From Clostridia bacterium (lineage in GTDB: Bacteria; Bacillota; Clostridia; Christensenellales; UBA1242): a DNA stretch of 40,000 nt. Positions 26,172 through 35,548 of this stretch are shown here, in pieces (within the stretch, counting starts at the first letter, position 1; the number at the start of each line of letters is the position of its first letter). A program made the translations under genes and the position numbers. Below the pieces are notes generated by a model, which ran no database searches, was not told the origin of the DNA, and worked only from the letters and a program-made list of their open reading frames with translations. The stretch lies in assembly GCA_045657465.1 (NCBI GenBank), contig JAZOTD010000036.1, positions 11,372 to 51,371 of the forward strand, written 5' to 3'.

Positions 26172-28217
26172 TTATCTAGATTTATGAGACTTTCTTGTTC
26201 GTTCATAAACCTTGTCTCTAACCTTTTCGATTTTCTTTGTTCTATTCACAGTTTTTCCTTCTGCTTTGGCTTTTAGCTCTTCGATTTTGTCACGAAGTTC
26301 TATTGCTTTTTCAAAGTCCAATGACTTAACAGCCACATTCATAAGTGCTGTGAGTGATTCAATTTGTCTAATGAGTTCCTCTGGCTTCATTGACGCCACA
26401 TCACTCTCTTTGTTAGTGATTTTTAGCGTATTTACAATGTCTTTTATGATTGTTTTTGGCACAATTCCATGCTCTTTGTTATACGCCTTTTGAATCTCTC
26501 TTCTTCTATTTGTTTCATCAATCGCCTTTTTTAAGCTATCCGTCATCACATCGGCATACATAACAACCCTGCCTTCTGCATTTCTTGCAGCTCTTCCTAT
26601 TGTTTGTATGAGTGCACCAGTGCTTCTTAAAAAACCTTCTTTATCCGCATCTAGTATGGCAACCAAATTAACTTCAGGAAGGTCTAAACCTTCTCTTAAG
26701 AGATTAATTCCCACCAAAACATCACTTTCGCCACTTCGAAGCTCATTTATGACGGCAATTCGATCCATTGCCTTAATTTCAGAATGCAAATATGTGGTTT
26801 TTATGCCGACTTCGCTTAAATACTTCGACAACTGCTCTGCCATTTTCTTTGTAAGCGTAGTTACCAAACATCTTCCGCCACTCTCAATTGTTTTATTCAG
26901 CTCTCCAATAAGGTCATCCACTTGATTCTTAACCGGCTTAACCACAACTTCTGGGTCTAACAGCCCTGTCGGTCTAATAATTTGTTCAACAACATTGTCT
27001 TGATGTTCCATTTCATAAACACCAGGAGTTGCTGAAACACAAATAATTTGATGATATTTCTTGTCAAACTCATCAAATGTGAGTGGTCTATTGTCATAAG
27101 CCGACTTAATTCTAAAACCATATTCAACAAGTGCGTCTTTTCTCGACCTATCTCCATTATACATTGCCCTAATCTGTGGCAATGTCATATGGCTTTCATC
27201 AACCAAGAGCAAAAAGTCATCTGGAAAATAATCCATAAGTGTGTATGGTGTTTCTCCAGGCTGTCTGCCATCAAAATATCTTGAATAGTTCTCAATTCCG
27301 CTACAATAACCTATTTCACGGAGCATTTCAATGTCATAAGATGTGCGCTGTTTCAATCTTTCAGCTTCCAATATCTTGCCTTGAGCCTGCATATCAGCCA
27401 CTTCTTTTTCCATATCTGCTTGGATTTGCGCAAGACACTCTTCCATCTTCTTTGACCCAACGGCATAGTGTGTTGCTGGATATATCGCAATATGGTCAAG
27501 TGTTGACACAACCCTTCCTGAAACGCTTTCTATTTCACAAATACGATCAATTTCATCACCAAAAAACTCAATTCTAATCGAATATTCACTGCTGTTTGAT
27601 GGAAAAACTTCAAGTGTGTCACCACGCACTCTAAACGTTCCACGAACAAAATCGATATCATTTCTTTTATATTGGTTTTCAACTAGTCTTAAAATAATAT
27701 CATCTCGTGAAATTTCCATACCTGGTCTAAGCGAAACCGCCTGTTTGTGATACTCACTAGGCTCTCCCAAACCATAAATACACGAAACCGATGCAACAAT
27801 AATAACATCTCTTCTTTCAAATAATGCACAAGTCGCAGAGTGCCTGAGCTTGTCTATTTCATCATTGATTTGAAGTTCTTTTTCAATGTATGTGTCAGAT
27901 GAAGCAATATAGGCTTCTGGCTGATAATAATCATAATAAGACACAAAATAACCAACCGAGTTGTTTGGAAAGAACTCTCTAAACTCATTGCAGAGCTGTG
28001 CAGCCAATGTTTTGTTGTGCGCAATGACAAGTGTTGGTCTTTGAACTTTTTCAATAATATTGGCCATAGTAAAAGTCTTACCGCTTCCGGTAACACCGAG
28101 TAACACCTGCGTTCTAAGTCCATCATTCAATCCTTCAACCAAACTTTCAATCGCTTGTGGTTGGTCGCCTGTAGGCTTGAATTTTGACGCAATTTCAAAT
28201 CTTTTTTCTTCTGCCAT
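26172..28217 (-). CDS. uvrB: Excinuclease ABC subunit B
   Basis: [24 protein letters not shown]..., [56 protein letters not shown]-terminal UVR motif. Confidence 0.98.
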   Translation of the reverse strand: MAEEKRFEIASKFKPTGDQPQAIESLVEGLNDGLRTQVLLGVTGSGKTFTMANIIEKVQRPTLVIAHNKTLAAQLCNEFREFFPNNSVGYFVSYYDYYQPEAYIASSDTYIEKELQINDEIDKLRHSATCALFERRDVIIVASVSCIYGLGEPSEYHKQAVSLRPGMEISRDDIILRLVENQYKRNDIDFVRGTFRVRGDTLEVFPSNSSEYSIRIEFFGDEIDRICEIESVSGRVVSTLDHIAIYPATHYAVGSKKMEECLAQIQADMEKEVADMQAQGKILEAERLKQRTSYDIEMLREIGYCSGIENYSRYFDGRQPGETPYTLMDYFPDDFLLLVDESHMTLPQIRAMYNGDRSRKDALVEYGFRIKSAYDNRPLTFDEFDKKYHQIICVSATPGVYEMEHQDNVVEQIIRPTGLLDPEVVVKPVKNQVDDLIGELNKTIESGGRCLVTTLTKKMAEQLSKYLSEVGIKTTYLHSEIKAMDRIAVINELRSGESDVLVGINLLREGLDLPEVNLVAILDADKEGFLRSTGALIQTIGRAARNAEGRVVMYADVMTDSLKKAIDETNRRREIQKAYNKEHGIVPKTIIKDIVNTLKITNKESDVASMKPEELIRQIESLTALMNVAVKSLDFEKAIELRDKIEELKAKAEGKTVNRTKKIEKVRDKVYERTRKSHKSR

Positions 28218-28254
28218 ACACTTTCATTATAACCAATTTAAATTTATTTACAAT

Positions 28255-28704
28255 TTAACGTTTAAATTTGTTAAAGTAATATTCAATTCCTGCCTTTTGA
28301 TAAGGAAAAGGAATCAAATCAATAACATCTTTGCTATCAACATAAACCCTTGTGTGCCAGTCTTCAAGTGGTGTTTGTTTTGTTTCTTCTTTAAGTTTGA
28401 CAACAAATATATGTGCATATCTTTCACATCCGGTCTTTCCATCTCTCCAATTCCAAAAACAATGCACCCTAACAAGCTCTTCAGCAGATTCTATTTCATA
28501 ACCTGCTTCTTCTAAAAACTCGCGTCTAATGGCTTCTTCTGGAGTTTCACCTTCTTCAATTCCACCACCAGGCATCGAATGGTTTCTGTCTTTGTGAGTA
28601 TAGACAAGCATAAACTGCCCGTCTTTTTCAACCAATCCAAAACATACTTTTCTAAAGTCATAGGTTCTATCTTCTAATTTTTCACCAACTTCAAGAATCT
28701 CCAT
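28255..28704 (-). CDS. NUDIX hydrolase
   Basis: Nudix box GGGIEEGETPEEAIRREFLEEAGYE. Confidence 0.93.
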   Translation of the reverse strand: MEILEVGEKLEDRTYDFRKVCFGLVEKDGQFMLVYTHKDRNHSMPGGGIEEGETPEEAIRREFLEEAGYEIESAEELVRVHCFWNWRDGKTGCERYAHIFVVKLKEETKQTPLEDWHTRVYVDSKDVIDLIPFPYQKAGIEYYFNKFKR

Positions 28705-28713
28705 ATTAGCTCC

Positions 28714-29346
28714 TTATCCATTTTGATTTTTGCTAAAACAAGGCTTTCCTAAAAGCAATGTTCGAAGCTTGTCAATGCCAAGGTCTTCTTTTTTGAAATT
28801 AAACCCATATCCATTAAGTTCATCAATTAGCATTGCTCTTTGCACTTCAACATCTTCAACCCCATAATAATCAGGATTGTCATAATAAAGCACCAAACCA
28901 ACATTGTCAATATCTTGAATTTGAATCATGCTTTTCATATCGTCAATTTTGTATTGATAATCTCTTTTAAATGTGTCAAAAATCAAATACCAACCTGCGC
29001 CTTCAATTTCCGCTTGAATCTGCTTAAACTCGTCCATATCACATTCAAAACGGTCTTCACCAGCACGGTCATAAGCATTAAAGTTTTCAAAACGCATAGA
29101 AACATCATATTTTCCATTCCATTTTTTGCCACCAACACCATTGCCTATTCTAAAACGCACACATGCATTTTTGATTTGATTTTCCGTCATCTTCTCAAGT
29201 TCAGCAAATTTCTTGTTGGTCCAATAAAGATCATGCGTTTCGCAATTAAACACATTAACCGCACCCACATCATCTAAAATTTTTTCATATATTTCAGGCT
29301 CTCCTTCTAAAAGCATTCCTACTTCAACAATGGTTTTTTCTTCCAT
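28714..29346 (-). CDS. CYTH-like (triphosphate tunnel metalloenzyme fold) protein, divergent
   Basis: Start at 29346 supported by aaggag 8 nt upstream; ACVRFRIGNG...YDVSMRFENF...RFECDMDEFKQIQAEIEGAGWYLIFDTFKRDYQYKIDDMKSMIQIQDIDNVGLVLYY follows the CYTH beta-strand pattern, without a clear ExExK. Confidence 0.45.
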   Translation of the reverse strand: MEEKTIVEVGMLLEGEPEIYEKILDDVGAVNVFNCETHDLYWTNKKFAELEKMTENQIKNACVRFRIGNGVGGKKWNGKYDVSMRFENFNAYDRAGEDRFECDMDEFKQIQAEIEGAGWYLIFDTFKRDYQYKIDDMKSMIQIQDIDNVGLVLYYDNPDYYGVEDVEVQRAMLIDELNGYGFNFKKEDLGIDKLRTLLLGKPCFSKNQNG

Positions 29347-29398
29347 AACAAATCTCCTTAACACTTGTATTATAAAAAAATTGCGAAAACAACGCAAA

Positions 29399-29426
29399 CA
29401 AAAAGCCTAGATAATATCTAGACTTT
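29399..29426 (-). terminator. Terminator-like hairpin
   Basis: aaaagcctagata/tatctagactttt stem with one G.U/mismatch position and flanking T tract on the minus strand. Confidence 0.5.
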
Positions 29427-29461
29427 TGTATTATTATCCGTTGTATTATTTATCGGCTTAT

Positions 29462-29590
29462 ATTTTAGGTCAAAATTTGAGTGCAGTGCAAGAAATAGAA
29501 AAACTCCCAGGCAGGATTTTACTCACGTAAATGAGTGTCTGGGAGTTTTGATAATTTCAAAGCAATGTGCTTAATATTTTGACCTAAAAT
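29462..29590. repeat. 129-bp nested inverted-repeat element containing a terminator-like inner stem
   Basis: Perfect 15-bp outer inverted repeat attttaggtcaaaat (29462-29476) / attttgacctaaaat (29576-29590); middle stem aaaactcccaggca (29500-29513) / tgtctgggagtttt (29536-29549); apical actca cgtaaa tgagt. Confidence 0.8.
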
Positions 29591-31287
29591 TATTCACGGC
29601 GAAGTGCATCAATCGGTTGCATTCTAGATGCTTTGATTGCTGGGAACATACCAAAGATAAGACCAATCGCAGTGCAGAATCCTAAACTCATTCCAATAAC
29701 CCAGAATGGCATTGGGATCGCAAATCCAATAAAGTGTCCAATTATTGCACAACCAATCGCAGAAATTCCAAGACCAATTGCACCACCAATAAGTGAAAGC
29801 ATCAATGCTTCAACCAAGAACTGTGTCAAAATAGACGAACGTTTTGCACCAATCGCCTTTCTAACACCAATTTCACGAGTTCTTTCAGTAACTGCAACCA
29901 GCATGATATTCATAATGCCAATACCACCAATTACAAGCGAAACAACTGAAATAACGGTGAGCATAATTGTAAGTGTATTCATTACATTATCAACAATTGA
30001 CGCAACTGCGCTCATAGAGATAATCATAAAGTCTTGACCATACATTAAAAGTTTTTGAGACATAAACGCAGCTGTAACATCATTTATTCTATCTTCCATC
30101 ACATCTTCTGTTTTAAATCTCATATATGCATAAGATACAGGTGTTTCTTCAAGTGTCTTTTCTGTTTCACCAAGAGGAGCCAAGTTTGTTTCATCTAAAA
30201 GCATATATGCTGTGCCTTTAACAGAACTCATAATGAGATCAAAAATTGAAAAACTATCACTAGATCCAGATGTCATACTTGACATCATCATATTAGCTTT
30301 TTCTTTTAAAACACCACATATTGAATATGTTTTAACGTTGTCTTTTTCATAGATTTCTTTAATCTCTAATGGATTTGTCATATTTAAAGCCGCTTTATAT
30401 GGAGGCTCAATCAATTGAGTTTGTCCTGTGGAATTATCCACATATTCAACACCTTCAACAAGTCTTGTTTTTGCAAACTCATTGCTAAATGTGAAATAAT
30501 CAATTGAAACAATCAAATCATTTCCATCAACTTTTTTATCATTGACTGTAAAACCAATGTTTTTCATATATGTTTCAACAGCTAGAACAATATTATCGTC
30601 AACTGCCGTCATAAAATGAAACGTCAAGTCAACATAATATGTAACACCCAATGTAACATATCGATCCATTGCTTCTTCATTAGAAACATCTTTACCCAAA
30701 TATGTATCAATAAAATCTCTATCAACCAGCAACTCATCTACCGTTTCAGGAAATCTACCTTCATATTCAATATCATAAACACTGTCAAAATTCTTTGTCA
30801 CTGCCATAACTGATGACTTGCTTGGTGCTGGCTTTTCAAGATTTGCCTTCATACTGTTATAAATGGTTTTTTCAGACTCTGTCATTTTGTCATAAGTTTC
30901 TTTTGAAACAACAACCTTGTTAAAGGTCAAAAAATCTTGAATTAACTCACCATCTGCAATATCTGTCAAATCACTTGCAACAACCGCATTTTTTGAATAA
31001 ATCAACGAATAATCATAATAATCATCATTCTTTTTATTTCCTTGATTATTTTTCAAAACATAATCAGTTGCACTGTAAGTCATATTTTCAGAAGTGCTCA
31101 TCATGATTGCAAGTGTGCTTTGGGTTCTAATTTGTGAAACAACAGCTGTTTGCACACCAGATGCAACACTGGTTAAAAGCGCAACCGTCATCACACCAAT
31201 AATAATTCCAAGCATTGTAAGAAAACTTCTAAGTTTATTTGACCAAAGTGACTTTGAAGCCATTTTTATTGCTTGCCAAAGATGCAT
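29590..31287 (-). CDS. ABC transporter permease, MacB/FtsX type
   Basis: MASKSLWSNKLRSFLTMLGIIIGVMTVALLTSVASG; C-terminal VIGGIGIMNIMLVAVTERTREIGVRKAIGAKRSSILTQFLVEALMLSLIGG...PAIKASRMQPIDALRRE. Confidence 0.95.
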   Translation of the reverse strand: MHLWQAIKMASKSLWSNKLRSFLTMLGIIIGVMTVALLTSVASGVQTAVVSQIRTQSTLAIMMSTSENMTYSATDYVLKNNQGNKKNDDYYDYSLIYSKNAVVASDLTDIADGELIQDFLTFNKVVVSKETYDKMTESEKTIYNSMKANLEKPAPSKSSVMAVTKNFDSVYDIEYEGRFPETVDELLVDRDFIDTYLGKDVSNEEAMDRYVTLGVTYYVDLTFHFMTAVDDNIVLAVETYMKNIGFTVNDKKVDGNDLIVSIDYFTFSNEFAKTRLVEGVEYVDNSTGQTQLIEPPYKAALNMTNPLEIKEIYEKDNVKTYSICGVLKEKANMMMSSMTSGSSDSFSIFDLIMSSVKGTAYMLLDETNLAPLGETEKTLEETPVSYAYMRFKTEDVMEDRINDVTAAFMSQKLLMYGQDFMIISMSAVASIVDNVMNTLTIMLTVISVVSLVIGGIGIMNIMLVAVTERTREIGVRKAIGAKRSSILTQFLVEALMLSLIGGAIGLGISAIGCAIIGHFIGFAIPMPFWVIGMSLGFCTAIGLIFGMFPAIKASRMQPIDALRRE

Positions 31288-31288
31288 A

Positions 31289-32041
31289 TTAGTTTTCCTC
31301 CTTTGCTTTTTTTGTTCTGGTTTTTGGGAGCTTTTTTAAATCAACATCGGCATAAGTGTCAATGGCATCATTAACCACATCACTATCAATCTTTCCATCT
31401 TTAATATGCACTACACGTCTTGAAAGTTTTGCAATCTCGTCATTATGTGTAATAATCACAACTGTTGTGCCCTTCTTGTTTAAATCTTTCAAGATTTTCA
31501 TAATTTCATCACCAGTTTTGGTGTCAAGATTTCCTGTTGGTTCATCTGCTAAAATACACATTGGATTTGTTGCAAGAGCTCTAGCAATAGCAACTCTTTG
31601 TTGCTGACCACCCGAAAGTTCACTTGGTTTATGTTTCATTCTTTCTTTCATGCCAACAATTTCAAGTGCCTTTGTTACCCTTTGATGCCTTTCAGTTTTC
31701 TTTATTCCTTGATAAATAAGTGGAAGTTCAACATTTTCATAGGCGTTCATGTTATGCAACAGATTGAATCCCTGAAAAATAAACCCCATTTTTTTGTTAC
31801 GCAAAAAAGCAAGTTGATTTTCTGAATATTTTGAAACTTCAACCCCATCAATTAAATACTTTCCTTCTGTGGCAATATCAAGACAACCCACAATATTCAT
31901 CATTGTAGACTTTCCAGACCCTGATGGTCCAATAATTGTCACAAACTCCCCATCTTCAATTTTAAGCGAAACATCATCAAGCGCCTTAACGATATTATCA
32001 CCCATTTTGTAATATTTTTTTATATGCTTTAATTCAATCAA
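31289..32041 (-). CDS. ABC transporter ATP-binding protein, MacB/LolD type
   Basis: VTIIGPSGSGKSTMMNIVGCLD, LSGGQQQRVAIARALATNPMCILADEPTGNLDTKTG. Confidence 0.97.
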   Translation of the reverse strand: MIELKHIKKYYKMGDNIVKALDDVSLKIEDGEFVTIIGPSGSGKSTMMNIVGCLDIATEGKYLIDGVEVSKYSENQLAFLRNKKMGFIFQGFNLLHNMNAYENVELPLIYQGIKKTERHQRVTKALEIVGMKERMKHKPSELSGGQQQRVAIARALATNPMCILADEPTGNLDTKTGDEIMKILKDLNKKGTTVVIITHNDEIAKLSRRVVHIKDGKIDSDVVNDAIDTYADVDLKKLPKTRTKKAKEEN

Positions 32042-32323
32042 AGTCTTAACTCCTTAAATTTATGACACCATTATACGCAAATTCTAAAAAATCTAAAAAT
32101 GATTTTATTACATTTCCTTAAAATATTTTTATATAAAATATAATAATGCAAAATCACAGTTTCTTGTTACAGAAAAAAAGACACTGTAACATTTTTAACT
32201 CGTGATAATTTCAATATTTACATTAAAACGTATATTTGTTGTAACACCATAAATTTATTTGCATAAACTCAAAAAATTATATGGATTAAAGTCATACTCG
32301 TTCAAAAATAGGAGCATGATATT

Positions 32324-32863
32324 ATGGAAGAAAAAGAAAACCTAACCAAAGGCTATATATATGACGCATTCAAATATTTGTTAAGACAAAAGAAATATGA
32401 CGACATTTCAGTATGTGACATCACTGAAAAAGCGGGTGTTTCAAGAATGTCTTTTTATCGCAATTTCAAATCAAAAGAAGACCTGCTTTATCAGGGCATT
32501 GATGTTATTTTCAGCAATTTAAGAAAAAAGTTTGTTGCTTGCGAAAATAAAAACATCTACACAGTAACAAAACTCATTTTTGAAACCTTCAAAGGATACA
32601 AAACCGAGCTCTTTTCATTATCAAACAGCAAAGTCACTCAAGCAATCTTAGACACTGTTCCTGAAAAACTAAAAGAAAATACTGATGATGATTACATGAA
32701 CAAAACTTCAAAATATATCCCTATCTTCTACTATGGAGCCATCACCACAGTTCTCTTTGATTGGCTAAAAAACGGAACTGAAGAACCACCAGAAGAAATG
32801 GCAAAAATGATTTCAGGACTCATAAACTTCGACATTCATGACGAATCACTTGTGGCCGAATAA
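32324..32863 (+). CDS. TetR/AcrR-family transcriptional regulator
   Basis: FKYLLRQKKYDDISVCDITEKAGVSRMSFYRNFKSKEDLL helix-turn-helix; about 179 aa. Confidence 0.9.
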   Translation: MEEKENLTKGYIYDAFKYLLRQKKYDDISVCDITEKAGVSRMSFYRNFKSKEDLLYQGIDVIFSNLRKKFVACENKNIYTVTKLIFETFKGYKTELFSLSNSKVTQAILDTVPEKLKENTDDDYMNKTSKYIPIFYYGAITTVLFDWLKNGTEEPPEEMAKMISGLINFDIHDESLVAE

Positions 32864-32954
32864 CACATCAAAAATCACAACAATCCCACTTATATTTTTC
32901 TTAATTATTAATGGTTGACAAATCTTTTTTGCGTGGTTATAATATACCCATAAA

Positions 32955-33200
32955 TTGCGTTGAAAAAGAAGAGTAAACTTGAAGGTTGCTTATAGAGAGT
33001 TCCGCTTGGTGGAAAGGAACAGCAAACGCAAATCGAAGGCACTTTGGAGCAATCATTAAAAAAGAGTGAGTGTCACATGACACTAATAAGGGTGGAACCA
33101 CGGGTCTAATCTCTCGCCCCTTAGCAAAACTGAATAAATCACATATGTTTTATTCCCTTTTGCTATCGCGTGCGAAAAAGATTAGGCCTTTTGTTTTGGC
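32955..33200 (+). promoter_or_regulatory. T-box riboswitch leader (glycine), upstream of glyS
   Basis: T-box sequence AGGGTGGAACCACGG (33089-33103); TGGA bulge complementary to the UCCA end expected for tRNAGly; stem III agtgtcacatgacact (33069-33084); plausible GGC specifier at 33038-33040; competing terminator arms ggtctaatc...gattaggcc then ttttgtttt. Confidence 0.92.
33103..33198 (+). terminator. T-box controlled terminator
   Basis: ggtctaatctctcgc (33103-33117) pairs with gcgaaaaagattaggcc (33172-33188), followed by ttttgtttt; loop carries an extra hairpin agcaaaa..gaataaa / tttattc..ttttgct. Confidence 0.6.
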
Positions 33201-33232
33201 TAAAAAACAAAATAAATTTAGGAGAAACAAAT

Positions 33233-34606
33233 ATGAAAAACTTAACAATGGACAAACTTGTAAGTCATTGCAAAAACACAGGTATTGTCTATCCAGGTTC
33301 TGACATTTATGACGGACTTGCAAACACTTGGGATTATGGTCCTGTTGGTGTCGAACTCAAAAACAACATCAAAAAAGTTTGGTGGAAACGTTTCGTTCAA
33401 GAAGCTGACAACAGTTATGGCGTTGACGCAGCAATATTGATGAACCCTAGAGTTTGGGAGGCTTCTGGACACGTTGCATCATTCACCGACCCAAAAATGG
33501 ATTGCAAACGTTGCAAAACAAGAATGAGAGCCGACAATCTTATCGAAGCTCACTCAAAAGGCTCAGTAAATGCTGACGCTATGACAAATGAAGAAATGGA
33601 AGCATATATTCAAGAACATCAAGTTAAATGCCCTACTTGCGGAAACTTTGATTGGACACCAATCCGCCAATTCCACCTTATGTTCCAAACATCAAGAGAC
33701 CTTACTGGCGGAAAAGATGATGTTATCTATCTTCGTCCAGAAACTGCTCAAGGTGAATTCGTAAACTTCATGAACGTTCAAAGAACAACCCGTGCAAAAG
33801 TTCCTTTCGGAATTGGACAAATCGGAAAAGCATTTAGAAACGAAATCACTCCAGGAAACTTTACTTTTAGAACAATCGAGTTTGAACAAATGGAACACCA
33901 ATTGTTCTGCAAAAACGAAGAAGCCGGTTTTGATTTCTATGCAAAATACAAAAAAGATGCATATGATTTCCTTATCGACCTTGGATTCAACAAAGACGAC
34001 TTAAACTACAAAGACCACGAAAAGCTTGCATTCTATGCAAAAGCAGCTTGTGACATCATCTTCAAATATCCATTCGGTTGGAATGAACTTAATGGTATTC
34101 ACTACAGAACCGACTATGATTTGGGCAGACATCAAGAATATTCAGGCAAAAACATGCTCTATATCGACCCAGTAACTAATGAAAAATATGTTCCACATGT
34201 TGTAGAATATTCAATTGGTGCTGACAGACTCACCCTTGCAGTTCTTTGTGAATTCTATGATGAAGAAGAACTTGAAGGTGGCGACACAAGAGTTGTATAT
34301 CGTTTCCACCCTGCTATCGCTCCATATAAAGTTGCAGTGCTTCCACTTCAAAAGAACATGAGTGAAAAAGCAAGAGAAATCTACAAAAAACTTGCAAAAC
34401 ACTTTATGTGCACATATGACGAAGCTGGCTCTATCGGAAAGAGATATCGTCGCCAAGACCAAATCGGCACTCCATTCTGTGTAACAATCGACTTTGACAC
34501 ACTCGAAGACGGAACAGTTACCATTCGTGAAAGAGACACAATGCAACAACGCAGAATTTCTGTTGATGAACTCATCTCTTATGTAAACGAAAAAATCGTT
34601 TTCTAA
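33233..34606 (+). CDS. glyS: Glycyl-tRNA synthetase (single-chain type)
   Basis: MDKLVSHCKNTGIVYPGSDIYDGLANTWDYGPVGVELKNNIKKVWW...FNLMFQT-like, LRPETAQGEFVNF, IGQIGKAFRNEI. Start at 33233 supported by taggag RBS; the ORF track's 33170 start lies in the leader. Confidence 0.97.
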   Translation: MKNLTMDKLVSHCKNTGIVYPGSDIYDGLANTWDYGPVGVELKNNIKKVWWKRFVQEADNSYGVDAAILMNPRVWEASGHVASFTDPKMDCKRCKTRMRADNLIEAHSKGSVNADAMTNEEMEAYIQEHQVKCPTCGNFDWTPIRQFHLMFQTSRDLTGGKDDVIYLRPETAQGEFVNFMNVQRTTRAKVPFGIGQIGKAFRNEITPGNFTFRTIEFEQMEHQLFCKNEEAGFDFYAKYKKDAYDFLIDLGFNKDDLNYKDHEKLAFYAKAACDIIFKYPFGWNELNGIHYRTDYDLGRHQEYSGKNMLYIDPVTNEKYVPHVVEYSIGADRLTLAVLCEFYDEEELEGGDTRVVYRFHPAIAPYKVAVLPLQKNMSEKAREIYKKLAKHFMCTYDEAGSIGKRYRRQDQIGTPFCVTIDFDTLEDGTVTIRERDTMQQRRISVDELISYVNEKIVF

Positions 34607-34607
34607 A

Positions 34608-34640
34608 TAAAAAGCACCCTTCTTGTTAAGGGTGTTTTTC
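34608..34640 (+). terminator. Terminator of glyS
   Basis: caccctt - cttgtt - aagggtg followed by ttttt. Confidence 0.9.
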
Positions 34641-34670
34641 TTTCATTATCTGTGTAAATGCTGAAAATAA

Positions 34671-34703
34671 AAGGTGTTATGCCAAACATAACACCTTATT
34701 TTT
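34671..34703. terminator. Second terminator (bidirectional)
   Basis: aaggtgttatg - ccaaa - cataacacctt then attttttatt. Confidence 0.8.
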
Positions 34704-35548
34704 TATTTAATTAAATTTGCATATCTGCCTGCGCAATCTTCATAAAGCTTTTTAAATTCATTTGTCTTTGCATCGTCTTCACCTATCGCATTATAGACAA
34801 CATATCCCGCATAGCTAAGCTTCATAAGTGAAAACTCTAGCAGTATTTCACTAACCTTTCCTTTAACGTTTGAACTTGCAAGCATTGCTTCAATTTGGTC
34901 AATTCTCAATTCTAAAAGTTCAGCAACATCTTTATCTGCATCGTTAAGTTCAAATGTTTCAAGCAACGCCTTATAGTCTTCTTTTGTAGTCTTTTTGTCA
35001 TTTTTTAACAAATCAACATATGTTGCAAACGCATATTCTGTAATTTTTCCATTTTTTAGCGATTTCAACACTTCAACCTGAATTGCACTTTCTTTATCTG
35101 TTAAACCATACAAACATTTGATTTTCCTGTTCACCAAATATGCATTAACATCTCCAACATAAGCATACATTGACTTGTTTTTTGCGTTATAAACGCTTGA
35201 AACATCAAGCTTTGTGCAAAATTCGTCATATTCATCATCACTCATTAATTCAGTGATATATTCAAGCTCTTTTTCTTTATTTGAATATTCTTGTTCAAAG
35301 AGAATCAAATTATATAAATCACTTAACTCTCCGCTCTTTTTATACTGCATTTCATAACAAGCTTCTTCTGCCCTAATAATTCCAAAAAAGTTAAATATTT
35401 TGGCGTCAAAATTTGGGGCTAAAAAGAACAATGTAGAAATTAGATAAAAGAATACAAAAACAACGGCTAGCATGATTTTTGTGAATGTTTTAAACGAATT
35501 TAACCATGTTTTTTTATCAATATAAACTTCTTTTGTAACCGAAGCCAT
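34703..35548 (-). CDS. Hypothetical protein with one N-terminal TM
   Basis: TFTKIMLAVVFVFFYLISTLFFLAPNF followed by a helical acidic domain; overlaps the rpiB-like stop by 1 nt, suggesting co-transcription. Confidence 0.75.
   Translation of the reverse strand: MASVTKEVYIDKKTWLNSFKTFTKIMLAVVFVFFYLISTLFFLAPNFDAKIFNFFGIIRAEEACYEMQYKKSGELSDLYNLILFEQEYSNKEKELEYITELMSDDEYDEFCTKLDVSSVYNAKNKSMYAYVGDVNAYLVNRKIKCLYGLTDKESAIQVEVLKSLKNGKITEYAFATYVDLLKNDKKTTKEDYKALLETFELNDADKDVAELLELRIDQIEAMLASSNVKGKVSEILLEFSLMKLSYAGYVVYNAIGEDDAKTNEFKKLYEDCAGRYANLIK

Noticed and set aside
33170-33232. ORF-track start of glyS at 33170
   Set aside because: The first 21 codons overlap the T-box terminator stem; ATG at 33233 has a good taggag RBS and begins the conserved protein.
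33070-33303. ORF of 77 aa spanning the T-box and start of glyS
   Set aside because: Falls inside the T-box expression platform and overlaps glyS in another frame; no independent coding evidence.
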